A stretch of DNA of 64,000 nucleotides from Adineta vaga. Taxonomy: Eukaryota > Animalia > Rotifera. Position numbers and translations under genes: made by a program. The stretch covers positions 3,782,001 to 3,846,000 of the forward strand of contig CP075496.1 of the NCBI GenBank assembly GCA_021613535.1, written 5' to 3'. The notes beneath the pieces are model-generated. The model did not search any database. It was not told the origin of the DNA and saw only the letters and a program-made list of their open reading frames with translations. Positions 52,630 through 64,000 of the stretch are shown one piece after another. Position 1 is the stretch's first letter, and each line of letters begins with the position of its first letter.

Positions 52630-54410
52630 ATTGAAATTCGTCGTTGAAAATGACAAAATCAGTATTTGTTGAACATTGAAAAAGAAAAAAGCTAAATGTC
52701 GAAGGACGAAAGAAAACCTTACTTTTTTTTCTTTTTAGACGACATACATTTTAATCGTACAATTGTCGTTACGCTTGGGAGAAGTCATCTAGTGGCTTAA
52801 TGTTTCTTAGAAAAAGAACCTACAAGGTGAACGTGAAATGAAATGTAATTGAATAAATAACTTCAGGAGAAAAGACTCGGTCGCATTCGATATAGCTATA
52901 TATAACATAAGACTAAAAAATCGTAAAAATGATGAAATCTTTAGTGTTCGACTTTTCGAAAGATATAGCCGAATGATTTAGAACTCTACAGATGCAGTAT
53001 TACTGATAATTCAATGTCGAACTGCAAATGTATGTCTAATACAATGCAAAATCAGTGATCGATCGATCGAAGTTAATCCTTATTCAAATGCAAGGATAAA
53101 CGGAAGTATAAATACAATATTAAACGTGAAATAAATATTCTCTTTTTTTTAATCTGAATTGAAACTTGTAGTAACAAAATATGAAGTAATATGTTGACGT
53201 AAATGTGCAAATAAATTCGGTATGTTGTAGGTATACCATTGTAGATAGATGTCCTTATCGTCTAGATATTTATTATGAATCTATATTGAGGTTTCGAACA
53301 TTGCATGAATGAAAAGAGTACTTGATGATGAAAGACATGAATCCAATCGCTAAATATTACTGATAAAAAGTAAAAAAAATGATCTATTGGAAATCTTAAT
53401 CGATTTATTTTACTCTTTTAATACTTTCGTATTTTTTCAATGTGATATTATTATGATCATTTCATTTTTTAGATTTTATTCGATCTAATTATTCTGTATA
53501 GAGATTCATTGAGCAATCTGAATGAAATTACGTCTATTTACAGCCGATTTATTGTTACATATTAGTAAATCAGGTTCGGTAATATCAAAATTTAGTCGTA
53601 GAAACTATATTTTAATTTAATTTTTTCGACAATAGATTAGAACGAATTATGGTATCAATGATATCGTATTTTTTTTGTTAGATAAGATTTGTATTACTCT
53701 TTCGAAATACATTCGAAGCAATAAGATTCAGATTGAAACAAATAAAACATGTTCGCCATAACCAATCCGATATAAGTCTATCAAGAGTTTCCCTATTATA
53801 TTTAAATCAATCTATAGAAATAGTGAATTGTCAGTTTTAATATATAAAATCATTTTTGACGAGTATATCACTAGATCTACTTAATTTCAATCTTTAGTGA
53901 ACTTCCGGAAGCTTTCTTATCATGACATGAGTTTCCTGAACGACTTGTTTACCATGTGTTATAGTTTGTCAGACATAAATTGAAATCTGAATTAACTATA
54001 CTTGAAAACGAAACAATAACCACAATACTGGCATTCTTATAAATCAATGATTTGATGTAAAGAAATCGGATTTCCCAGGAGAGATTATTGTATAAACTGA
54101 CAGCATATAATTTGTTTGTAATTTTCTTTCAAGTATTTTGTCTTATTCGATCAATAATTAGCTTTTCTTTCAGGTAAAATAGTTATACTACGATATTAAC
54201 TGTCCAATACAATATTTTGATTGATCTCAAAAGAATCCTCTTTCATGAATATGAAAATTATGTCCCATAATCTTTAGTAATAGCATACCGCTGTGCATTT
54301 ACAATCACTTCCCCCCCCCCTCGATTATTGACACTAGATTGGGTGAAATGATTAAATAAAAATACATTATGTACGTAGTTCATTTTTCAGATTATTATAG
54401 AAGAACAACG

Positions 54411-55466
54411 ATGGTACTACGTGTTCTCGAGTTATTTAGTGGTATGGGTGGAATGCATTCTGCTCTTGATTTAATTGAAATTGAATATGAAATCATCGCT
54501 GCTATTGATATAAATCCTACAGCAAATCTTATGTATTCATCAAATTTTCCTCAAGTTCCAATTATAAATCGTTCTATTGAAACAATATCGATAAAACAAT
54601 GGGAAAAATGGCATGCTGATCTCTGGACAATGTCTCCACCTTGTCAACCATTTACTCGTCAGGGTAAACAAGAAGATTTAAATGATCGTCGTACAGATGG
54701 ATTTGTTTATTTAATGAAAAATATTCTTTCAAAATTAGAATCAAAACCGAAATATATTCTACTTGAAAATGTTTTCGGTTTTCAAGATTCTGACGCTCAT
54801 CGATTATTATTAGAAACATTACAACTAAATAACTATTCTTATGAACAATATCTTCTTTCTCCAATTCAATTTGGTATACCTAATTCGCGTCTTCGCTATT
54901 ATCTTATTGCTAAACAACAAGAAAATCCTATTGACACACATTCATCGATCATTCATACACAAATATCGAATTTTGAAAGATTATTAACAAAATTACATGA
55001 ACAATTTCCTTCGAAAGATATTTCATCTCATGATGAAACGTCTCGTCATCGTAATGATCAAATAACCGATCAATGTAGTCATTCATCAGAAATACTTATA
55101 GATCCAAATCAATCGATGATAATTAATGATTTTATTCTTTCGGATGAAAATGCTGAATTTGAGTTAGATGATAAACAATTAAAACGAGGTTTAAATGTTT
55201 GTGATATAATCACTTGTTATGCGAAACGTTCATTTTGTTTTACGAAATCTTATGGAAAATATTTCGAAGGTACTGGTTCATTATTTCGCACACAAAACGA
55301 TCATATTCGATATTTTACCCCGAAAGAAATAGCGAATCTACATTGTTTTCCTTCGACATATAATTTTCCTGAATCCATTACTACTCGTCAGGCATATTCG
55401 TTACTTGGTAACAGTTTAAATGTTTTTGTTATTGGAGTTTTATTTGAAAATCTTTTTGAGCGCTGA
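54411..55466 (+). CDS. TRDMT1: tRNA (cytosine-38-C5) methyltransferase DNMT2, intronless
   Basis: LELFSGMGG, MSPPCQPF, ENV, PNSRLRYY, DNMT2-specific CFTKSYG, RYFTPKEIANL and LLGNSLNV. Confidence 0.95.
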   Translation: MVLRVLELFSGMGGMHSALDLIEIEYEIIAAIDINPTANLMYSSNFPQVPIINRSIETISIKQWEKWHADLWTMSPPCQPFTRQGKQEDLNDRRTDGFVYLMKNILSKLESKPKYILLENVFGFQDSDAHRLLLETLQLNNYSYEQYLLSPIQFGIPNSRLRYYLIAKQQENPIDTHSSIIHTQISNFERLLTKLHEQFPSKDISSHDETSRHRNDQITDQCSHSSEILIDPNQSMIINDFILSDENAEFELDDKQLKRGLNVCDIITCYAKRSFCFTKSYGKYFEGTGSLFRTQNDHIRYFTPKEIANLHCFPSTYNFPESITTRQAYSLLGNSLNVFVIGVLFENLFER

Positions 55467-55510
55467 TAAACAATTCGTTTATATTTTTGGCTTCATTTTT
55501 TCAGATCAAT

Positions 55511-57519
55511 ATGAATTCTCGAACATTAAAACGTATTTCTAGTGTTCGTTTAAAAGCCCGTAGTGAATTAAAGCCTGAAGAATGGCAACAACATAATTAT
55601 TATTATGATCGACATGTAATTTCTTGTTCAAAAGATCAACTCGAACGAATCGATGCACGAAACATGACACGAGAAGAATTTATTGAAAAATATGAACGTC
55701 CTGGTAAACCAGTGATAATTCAACATTTAATTGATGATTGGCCAGCCTGTGAAAAATGGACAATAGAAAAATTAGGACGTAAATATCGAAATCAACGTTT
55801 TAAAGTTGGTGAAGATGATGATGGAAAATCTGTGAAAATGAAAATGAAATATTTTCTTGATTATGCATTGAATAATCATGATGATTCACCATTGTATCTA
55901 TTTGAATCAAGTTTTGGTGAACATCCAAAAAAGAAACGTCTTATCGATGATTATGATGTTCCAGATTATTTCGCTGAAGATTTATTTCATCTTGTCGGTG
56001 AACATCGACGACCACCCTATCGTTGGTGGTGTATCGGACCTCAACGTTCTGGTACTGGTATACATGTAAGTTTTATAATGATTTCCAAATCTCTCTGTTC
56101 AAAAAAAAAATAAACAACTTCTCAAACAAATGATTTTATCTATAAATATTCCAGATTGATCCATTGGGTACGAGTGCATGGAATGCATTGATTTCCGGAC
56201 ATAAACGTTGGTGTATATTTCCTCCATCAACACCACGTGAATTACTTAAACCAACATCAAGTGATTCACCGAAAAATAAAGATGAAGGCATTACATGGTT
56301 TAAAGCTATCTATCCAAGAACACAACTTAGTTCATGGCCAAAAGAATATGCTTGCATCGAAGCTGTTCAACATCCTGGAGAAGTCATTTTTGTACCTGGT
56401 AAATTAGAAACAAACTCAATTGAGATGAAGAAAAGCTCTTCTTATTCAATAGAAGTTTATTACTACGATTGAATAGAATGTTCGACATATTCAATCATTG
56501 TTTGACATGTTGAAATTGTAGATATGATCGATGAACAATAGAGATGATTGCTCATTGAGATAGAGAACGACTAAAGAAGAGAAAAAAAAGCATTCGACGA
56601 AGATTATGATATAGACAGAAAATTTTTTGAGGAATTTTCACACATCTTATCTTGTCTTTAGTTGACAGATAGATACCGTTAATTAAAAAAAATACATCTC
56701 ACGTGTTTTGCGTTAATCTTATCTTCAAAGAATAATATGTTAAAAATACATCTCATCATCGTGATAAAGGTAGAAAATAAAATATGTAGTAGCATAAGAA
56801 TGAATGATTGACCTTTGAGAAGAATGTTTTTTTTAGTAGGAAAAAAAATCGATGCGAAACAACAGAACAGTAGTAGTTATACGTCTTAAATGTATTGTTT
56901 AGGTACATGCGCCTATGCATGTATGGGAAATTCTAGTGAAGTAATCGATCGCCTCCAGCTATAACAACGTTCTCGTCACTCTATTTCTTTTTCTTTCATC
57001 ATAAAATTAAAAAACAAAGTAGCTTTCTATTCCTGTGCGTGACATTCTTTCTAAAGGGAACACGTTTTATAAAAGAATCAGTAGATGTTCGTTCCTTTCA
57101 CATATTGAAAATCGATGTTTACTTTTTTTTTTATCATTCTAGGTGGTTACTGGCACGTTGTACTCAATATGGATCTAACTGTTGCTGTGACACAGAATTT
57201 CTGTTCATCAGTCAATTTTCCTATAGTCTGGACACGAGTTGTTCGTAGTCGTCCGAAAATGTCAAAGAAATTCATAGAACGTCTCAAACGTCGTCGACCA
57301 GATTTAGCACGATTAACTGAAAAAATTGATATTAATGCGAATACCGGTCCACGATCAGATACATCTTCGTCGAGTAGTTCATCATCATCTGCTGATTCAT
57401 CACCCGATTCAGCAGATGATAGTGATACTGAATTGAAACCAACAGCATGTCATCAACGTTCCTTTGAACAAGGTGATGAATCAGTAGTGAAAAAACTACG
57501 TGTTTCTGAACAGCAATAG
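55511..57519 (+). CDS. JMJD6: JmjC hydroxylase JMJD6/PSR (3 exons; 744-nt second intron)
   Basis: [70 protein letters not shown] and a poly-Ser tail. Confidence 0.95.
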
Positions 57520-57691
57520 AACTGTTGTTGTTATTTGTTATTCTTATAAAATTATATATTTTTTTCTTTTTGTATTAAATGAAAACAAGAAAACTGTGCT
57601 AACAAGCGTCTGTGAACAAATTCTGTTTTTTCTCTCATATTATATCGGTTAATTTCTGTTTCTAGATCATTTTTTTTCTTGATCATTCATC

Positions 57692-59322
57692 ATGTCAGAA
57701 CTCGTCAAAGATGCGAATATTAAAATTGATGATCCACGTTATGATCAAGAAACGTATTCAGGTCGAGGTTAGCTATTCTCTTCGATTTCGTTCATGTTTT
57801 TTCAAGTGAATATTTTAGCCAAACATTTCTTTCTGACGACAAATCCATTAAATCTTTTGGCTAGCAATCAACAATTAGATGAAGGTACATGATGCTTAAC
57901 GTTGAGCATCTTCAATTTCATAATTTGATATTTTAGCTAAAAGAATTGTCGAAGAATATCGTCGTGGTGTCATTGGACAAACTGGCATGACGGTAGATGA
58001 TTTATGGAGTGCAAAATATTTGTACGATAGTGCATTTCATCCGGACACAAAAGAAAAAATGTTTATTCTTGGTCGAATGTCTGCACAAGGTTTGAATTGA
58101 AAATAATGTTCTTATTTTTTGTTCTATATTGCTTCTGCTTCTTCTTAGTTCCATGTAACATGTTAATTACTGGTTTCATGCTGACAGTAATGATAGAATT
58201 TTCATGGATTCTAAAGATTAAAATCTATGTATTTTTTTTCTCGTTGATAGTTTTATAAAACGGTACCTGCAATTGTCCTTTGGCAATTTGTCAATCAATC
58301 GTTTAACAGTATTGTTAATTATACAAATCGAAGTGGTGATAAACCAATAACAAATACTGATTTAATGAAAAGTTATGCTGTAGCAACATCGGTAAGTTTT
58401 GTTTGCTGTATTCGATCAATATCGATCAAATCTACGCGAAATTGACAATACGAACTTATGAATCATGTTTGTATTAGGTTAGATCGTAAAATGCATTCTT
58501 TGATTGTTCTAACTAAGTATGAATAACAGATGCTCATAGCAAACTAATAATAACTTCTTTTTCGCATTTCAATTGGCAAAGTTCTAGTTGCTGAGGGTTT
58601 TCTCCTATCTGATGCTTTAGTAACCTATACAATTATACTTTTATGCTTTTTAGGCTGCAACTGCCACTGCACTTGGTCTTAAAGGTAAAATAGAATATTT
58701 CGTGAGTAAACGCTTTTGTTTCTATCAATTATTATTGTCATGGTAGCTGTTGTATCGAAATTACCACCCATCATGGCACGATTCGTACCATTTGCTGCTG
58801 TAGCCGGTGCTAACTGTGTCAACTTACCGTTTATGCGATGGAATGAAATTCGAGATGGTATTGCTGTGTTCGATAAAGATGGCAAACGTGTTGGAGGTAA
58901 ACGATACAGAGTAGAAAAATATAAAAACTTACTTTTTTCATGTACAATTTAGAATCATCAGCGGCAGCAAAGAACGCTATTACGCAAGTTGTTCTTTCAC
59001 GTATTGGCATGGCTGTACCTGGTAGGAATTGAATTGAATTGATAATCATTTTGATATTTTCTTTTTTAGGTATGATTATCCCACCCATCATCATGAATTC
59101 ATTGGAACAAAAACCATTCATGCGTCGTCGTCCATGGTTAAATAGTCCTATACAAATTGCTTTATGTGGTGTCTTTTTAACATTTACAACGCCAATGTGT
59201 TGTGCTTTATTTCCTCAAAAAAGTTCATTACCAGTGACAAAATTAGTGAGAAACTCCGAGAAAAATTATTACGTGATGGAATGAAAGAAACTGATCGAGT
59301 TTATTTTAACAAAGGTCTTTAA
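57692..59322 (+). CDS. SFXN: Sideroflexin (SFXN1/3-like), multi-exon; apparent 1-nt frameshift at ~59246
   Basis: [67 protein letters not shown] and CALFPQ; the conserved VYFNKGL* end lies in another frame. Confidence 0.9.
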
Positions 59323-59600
59323 ATTCAATCAAACTGTTTATCAAAAGAATCCAAAAAAAAGAAGATATGCAATCTCCTCCGTTTGTTGTTCGTTCTTTTT
59401 TGTCATAGTATTTATTTCATCAGTATAGTGTAACCGCAGTAATATGAACATCACCCCTATCTGATGGATCAATCCATTTCATACTATGTCTTCTTTTTCC
59501 TCCTTGCTCCCGGTTCTATTCCTTTGATTGATCTATGATTATAAATTAGAAAATAGTTGATGTCTATCTAAACAATTCATATTAGCATTCATATTTTTAG

Positions 59601-61643
59601 ATGGAAATATATCAATTTGTTGTTATCGGTGGTGGTATAGCTGGTGTTACTTGTGTTGAAAGTGTAAATTGACTTAAGAAAAATCTATTATTTTATCTTC
59701 TTTTTTTCCCTATATAAATTAGATTGCAACATTTGATCCCGAAGCTCAAATTTTACTACTGACTGGTACACCATTAATTAAAGCAATCACTAATTATGTG
59801 AAAGTATATATAGAAAGAATTGTATTTATATTCATTGGAGTATTACATACGTATATTTTTCTTTTAGGTAAGCAAATTTCTTGAAGAATTTGATATTGAA
59901 GAAAAACCATTCAGTTATTTGGCAGAACAATACTCTAAATTGACTGTAAAAAATAAAGTAGTCGAACGTTTAGATACTGATAAACAAGTATAACAACGAT
60001 TCTTTCAAAAGTTTCTTTTGATAATTTTATTCGTCTGTTAAGATCATTTTTTGTTCGGATAATACACAAATTCAATATGATAAATTATGTATATGTACTG
60101 GTGCACGTCCAAAAGTAAACTAAGGGTGAAAAACCTTATTTCATTCATAAAAATTGATCATACCCGTCGTTCTTTCTATTAAATTTTAGTTACTTTCACA
60201 AACAAATCCATATGTTCTTGGTATTCGTGATACAGAAACAGTTGAATCTTTTCAAAAGAAACTATCGTCAGCAAAACAAATTATGATTGTTGGTAATGGT
60301 GGTATTGCTACTGAACTTGTGTAAGTAATTTTCAGAATATTTCCGTTTTTCTTTTCTATTGAAATGATTTGCTTTATATTTCTTAGATATGAAGTTGAAC
60401 ATTGTTCTGTTGTATGGGCAGTGAAAGATGAACATATTTCTACAACATTCTTTGACGAAGCTGCAGCCCGATTTTTCTTAGAACGAATTCAACTTGTTAA
60501 AGAACAACAGAAACTAAATGAAAAAAGACAAAAATATGAAGTTATGAATACGCAAAATTCAACATCAAGTTTATGTGGTGGTGCATTAGGGCCTGATTGG
60601 GCAGCTAATCGAACAATGAAAGGTGTATTACCAGTACGTGTGATCATTTGATGTACAGATTATTTTCTTCATCGCCTAATTTTTATAGCAACCTCGACAA
60701 GTTCATATTGAATATCAAGTTGAAGTAAGAACTATTCTTACACCTGAAGAGTATCAACAACGAAAATTAACCGGTGAAACTATGCAATTATCCAATGGTT
60801 ATTGAATATCTTTTTGTTTGGTTTCATCGTTTTGTTTTTCGTTCGTATTTAGAAGAAATACAATGGCCAGTCTATGTCGAATTAACAAATGATAAAATAT
60901 TTGGTTGTGATTTGGTTGTCAGTGCTATTGGTGTTACACCGAACGTTGAACTTTTTCTCAAATCTACAAATGTAAAGAAAGATATATTTCTTTTCATAAT
61001 TTTTCTATTTTTCTATTCGATTTAGTTTACATTGGGTTCTGATGGTGGTTTATTAGTTGATGAGACAATGCGAACTTCGATTAAGAATATCTTTGCTTGT
61101 GGTGATGTATGTAGTGCTGGTTGGACATTAGCTGAACATTGGTTTCAAGTATATATATTTTCAGTTTCTTTTTAACATGCCAGATATCGATTTTTGTATT
61201 TAGATGCGTCTCTGGTCTCAAGCTCGTCAAATGGGACATTATGCTGGTAAATGCATGTTAGCATATGCACATAATGAACAAGATTCCTTGACGATGGATT
61301 TTTGTTTTGAATTATTTGCTCATACGACAAAATTTTTCAATATGAAAGTTGTTCTACTCGGTAAATATCATGAAAATGATATGAAAAAATATGAAAATCT
61401 CATTCGAATGACACCAGGTAAATCAATTCTATGAACAAAGATTTAATACATTTCTAGAATCTTTCAGGAGAAGAATATATTCGTATAACATTAAAAGATG
61501 GTCGAGTACATGGTTGTGTGTTTATTGGTGATACTGAACTTGAAGAAACATTTGAAAATTTGATTTTGAATCAAATTGACGTGAGTGCATTTGGTGAAAC
61601 TCTACTCGAACCAAATATTGATATAGCAGATTATTTTGATTGA
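59601..61643 (+). CDS. PYROXD1: Pyridine nucleotide-disulfide oxidoreductase domain 1, multi-exon
   Basis: [70 protein letters not shown] and [17 protein letters not shown]...DYFD*. Confidence 0.95.
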
Positions 61644-61888
61644 TCATGCAGTTTTATTTTTTTGCAATAAAAAAGATCTCTCATTATATTTTCTATTCTT
61701 TACGATATGAAAAACAATAATAAAACTTCCGAATTGTATTTCCTACTTTTTCCATAGTGAATATGATAGTGACAATTTAAGAGGTCACAAATGTTTCTAA
61801 TAGCCTTTAATGATTGTCGACACATATCGAGAGAACCAGACAAACGTTTCATTTCGCTTACGGAAGAATTATACTATGTAACAATATT

Positions 61889-62689
61889 ATGATGCAAGTT
61901 GTACTGACAATTTTATTAGTTTTTTTGATCATCAAGTTTCTAACTAATAATAATTCGAATATTAATTTCAATTCTTTAACTATCATTGGGAATAAAAATA
62001 TCACACGTCGTAGTCATATCACCCGTCGATTATTCTCCAAATTCGTTGTCAATGGTCCATTTTACTGCTATGTTACTTGGACAAATCATACACAAGCATT
62101 TGACATCTATACAGATGATAACATTCATCCGTATATAATTGTAAATATTAATGGAGATACATTAACGATCATGATTCAATCGGATGGTAATTTTAAATTT
62201 ACAAGAATGGATATTCATCTGAATTTAAATCCAACAATCAAGAATATACGATTGGCTGGAATAAGTACTTTACATAGTGCAAATGTTTTAAGCATGAATG
62301 TTCCATTCAGATTACAGACAGAAGGTATGAACATAAATAAAAAAGCGTGATGCTTGAAAGTTTTGAGTATCATTCTAGACACAAGTAATGTTATTCTTCA
62401 ATTAAATGTTCCACATTTCGATGCTTTATTTTTATCAGCTGGAGTGACTGAATTGATAGGTCTTGTACAAGATACAGCAAATATTCGATACTATGGTATT
62501 GGTGATGTAGATATTTCACAATTATTTTGTAAATCTATCAATATCACTGCAAATGGTCTTGGCACTATATGGATGACGGGTATAGATGAATGTGTGATCA
62601 AAGCTGAAGGAATCAACATTGTACGATACAATTGTTCGAATAGAAATTCGATTCAGGCAATGGATTTAGCAAAAGTTATTCCTATTTAA
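61889..62689 (+). CDS. GIN-domain (DUF2807, autotransporter adhesin head-like) protein, intron 62325-62378; HGT candidate
   Basis: N-terminal hydrophobic segment, FSKFVVNGPF...TDDNIHPYI...GDTLTI, then beta-helix repeats (IRLAGISTL, YYGIGDVD, ANGLGTI). Confidence 0.72.
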
Positions 62690-62939
62690 TTGCTTTTCAT
62701 CTATCTCGTCGTTTTTTATCAGTTTGGCATAGATAGTTCGCAGTATGAATAATTTGTCAATTGCTAAAACTATAAGTTTATTGATAATACATTTTCGATA
62801 CGACAGCAACAGCAATGACATTTCGTATTTTTATCATAAAATAAATACTTCACTGCTCTTTATCTGCAAGATTTATATACTTAAAACTCATTTATTTTGT
62901 CCAAATTCTTCTTATCATTCAAAATTCGAACGAATCAGC

Positions 62940-63899
62940 ATGAACAATACAACGGCATTAGCTGATAGTACACTAGAATTCATTCGTATTTATATTATTT
63001 CTCGTTATTTTTATATAATTGTTTTTATTATTGGTATTATTGGTAATTTCTTTAATTTAGTTGTTTTCTTTCGAAAAAAACTTCGTAGTAATTCATGTTC
63101 TATATATTTCATTGCTTATTCAATTAATAATTTCATGAATTTGACTATGGGTTTATTTCTTTGGTCGTTAACTCTTGGTTTTCAATTTGATTTTGAATGT
63201 AAAATCTTGAGTTATTGTAAAATTCGTCGATATTTTACACATGTGAATTTTCTTCTCTCACTATGTTTATTGACCATGGCATCGGTCAATCGTTATGCAC
63301 GTGTTCAACAAGCGCAAATGACAAAACATCGTCAATACTATATCTCATTTTGTAAACATCGAACGACATATATTGTAGTAATTATAACCATTCTCTTTTG
63401 TCTTATTGCTAATCTACATATTCCAATATATTTTGAAATTAATCAAGAAGAATGTTATGCTCGTCCAGGTCTTTATCGACTTTTATTTGATATTTTCTTT
63501 CTTATTTTCTATGCTATTCTTCCACCAATGTCAATGATTGCAATTAATATTGCAACTGTCATACAAATTCGAAAGATCAAAAAATTAGTTCATCCAACCG
63601 TCTCTCGTAGTGAATATCATCTGATTATTCTTGTAATTACACAAAGTATTTCAAATGCTATTTTCACATTACCATTTACAATTCATAAATTTGTTTACTA
63701 TGTATTTACAAATTCAAATAATTCTGAAAACAATAAATTTGCTTTTGCAACTACACTTTTAATTGCATTTATGAATCCTGGATTCTCATTTTTTTTATAT
63801 ACATTAACAACACAATCGTTTCGACAGGAATTTATTCGAGCTTGTAAAGATTTCTTACTAAAAATCAAAATGTATGCAGAACAATTCAAAACAAACTAA
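62940..63899 (+). CDS. Class A orphan GPCR, intronless
   Basis: GIIGN, NSCSIYF, ASVNRY (DRY-like), NLHIP, ILPP and NPGFSFFLYTL...FRQEF. Confidence 0.85.
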   Translation: MNNTTALADSTLEFIRIYIISRYFYIIVFIIGIIGNFFNLVVFFRKKLRSNSCSIYFIAYSINNFMNLTMGLFLWSLTLGFQFDFECKILSYCKIRRYFTHVNFLLSLCLLTMASVNRYARVQQAQMTKHRQYYISFCKHRTTYIVVIITILFCLIANLHIPIYFEINQEECYARPGLYRLLFDIFFLIFYAILPPMSMIAINIATVIQIRKIKKLVHPTVSRSEYHLIILVITQSISNAIFTLPFTIHKFVYYVFTNSNNSENNKFAFATTLLIAFMNPGFSFFLYTLTTQSFRQEFIRACKDFLLKIKMYAEQFKTN

Positions 63900-64000
63900 A
63901 TAAACCTATAGCTGATTTATCAATAGTTTTCTCAAAGCAAATATCCAAATATAGACTCATCGTTTTGCTTATATTTATTAAGTTAGATACTGTTATGTTT

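Noticed and set aside
54311-54320. C10 homopolymer upstream of DNMT2 as a G-quadruplex or promoter element
   Set aside because: A single short tract with nothing else supporting function.
54411-55466. Bacterial restriction-modification or DNA methyltransferase acquired by HGT
   Set aside because: The CFT motif and overall sequence identify ordinary DNMT2; being intronless is not evidence of HGT.

Overview
AT-rich (~30% GC by eye), gene-dense animal DNA with very short (~45-70 nt) spliceosomal introns. Metazoan genes are mixed with intron-containing genes from mainly non-metazoan families, which best fits a bdelloid rotifer (inference, not verified). In order, the window holds: the 3' end of a YbaY-like gene, a mitochondrial phosphate carrier, an unknown membrane protein, Dmrt93B, LRGUK, an 11-copy 5S rRNA tandem array, a GRD-like Cys-loop channel subunit and a class A GPCR. 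Next is a ~1.24 kb direct duplication bracketing a ~5.3 kb decayed insert with GC-rich palindromic elements, then a GCPII/NAALADase peptidase, an adhesion/Mth-like GPCR and ZFP36/TIS11. Two tightly packed same-strand clusters follow: SnoaL-like / morgue / COQ8 / COQ2 / NDUFS4 / cathepsin, and DNMT2 / JMJD6 / sideroflexin / PYROXD1 / GIN-domain / GPCR. Stop-to-start gaps in them are as short as 43-44 nt, and most start codons are preceded by an unpaired pyrimidine-rich YAG|AT splice acceptor. The best candidate for an undescribed system is therefore a set of spliced-leader-resolved operons, including a ubiquinone/complex I operon. Exon boundaries were read by hand and no database searches were run.
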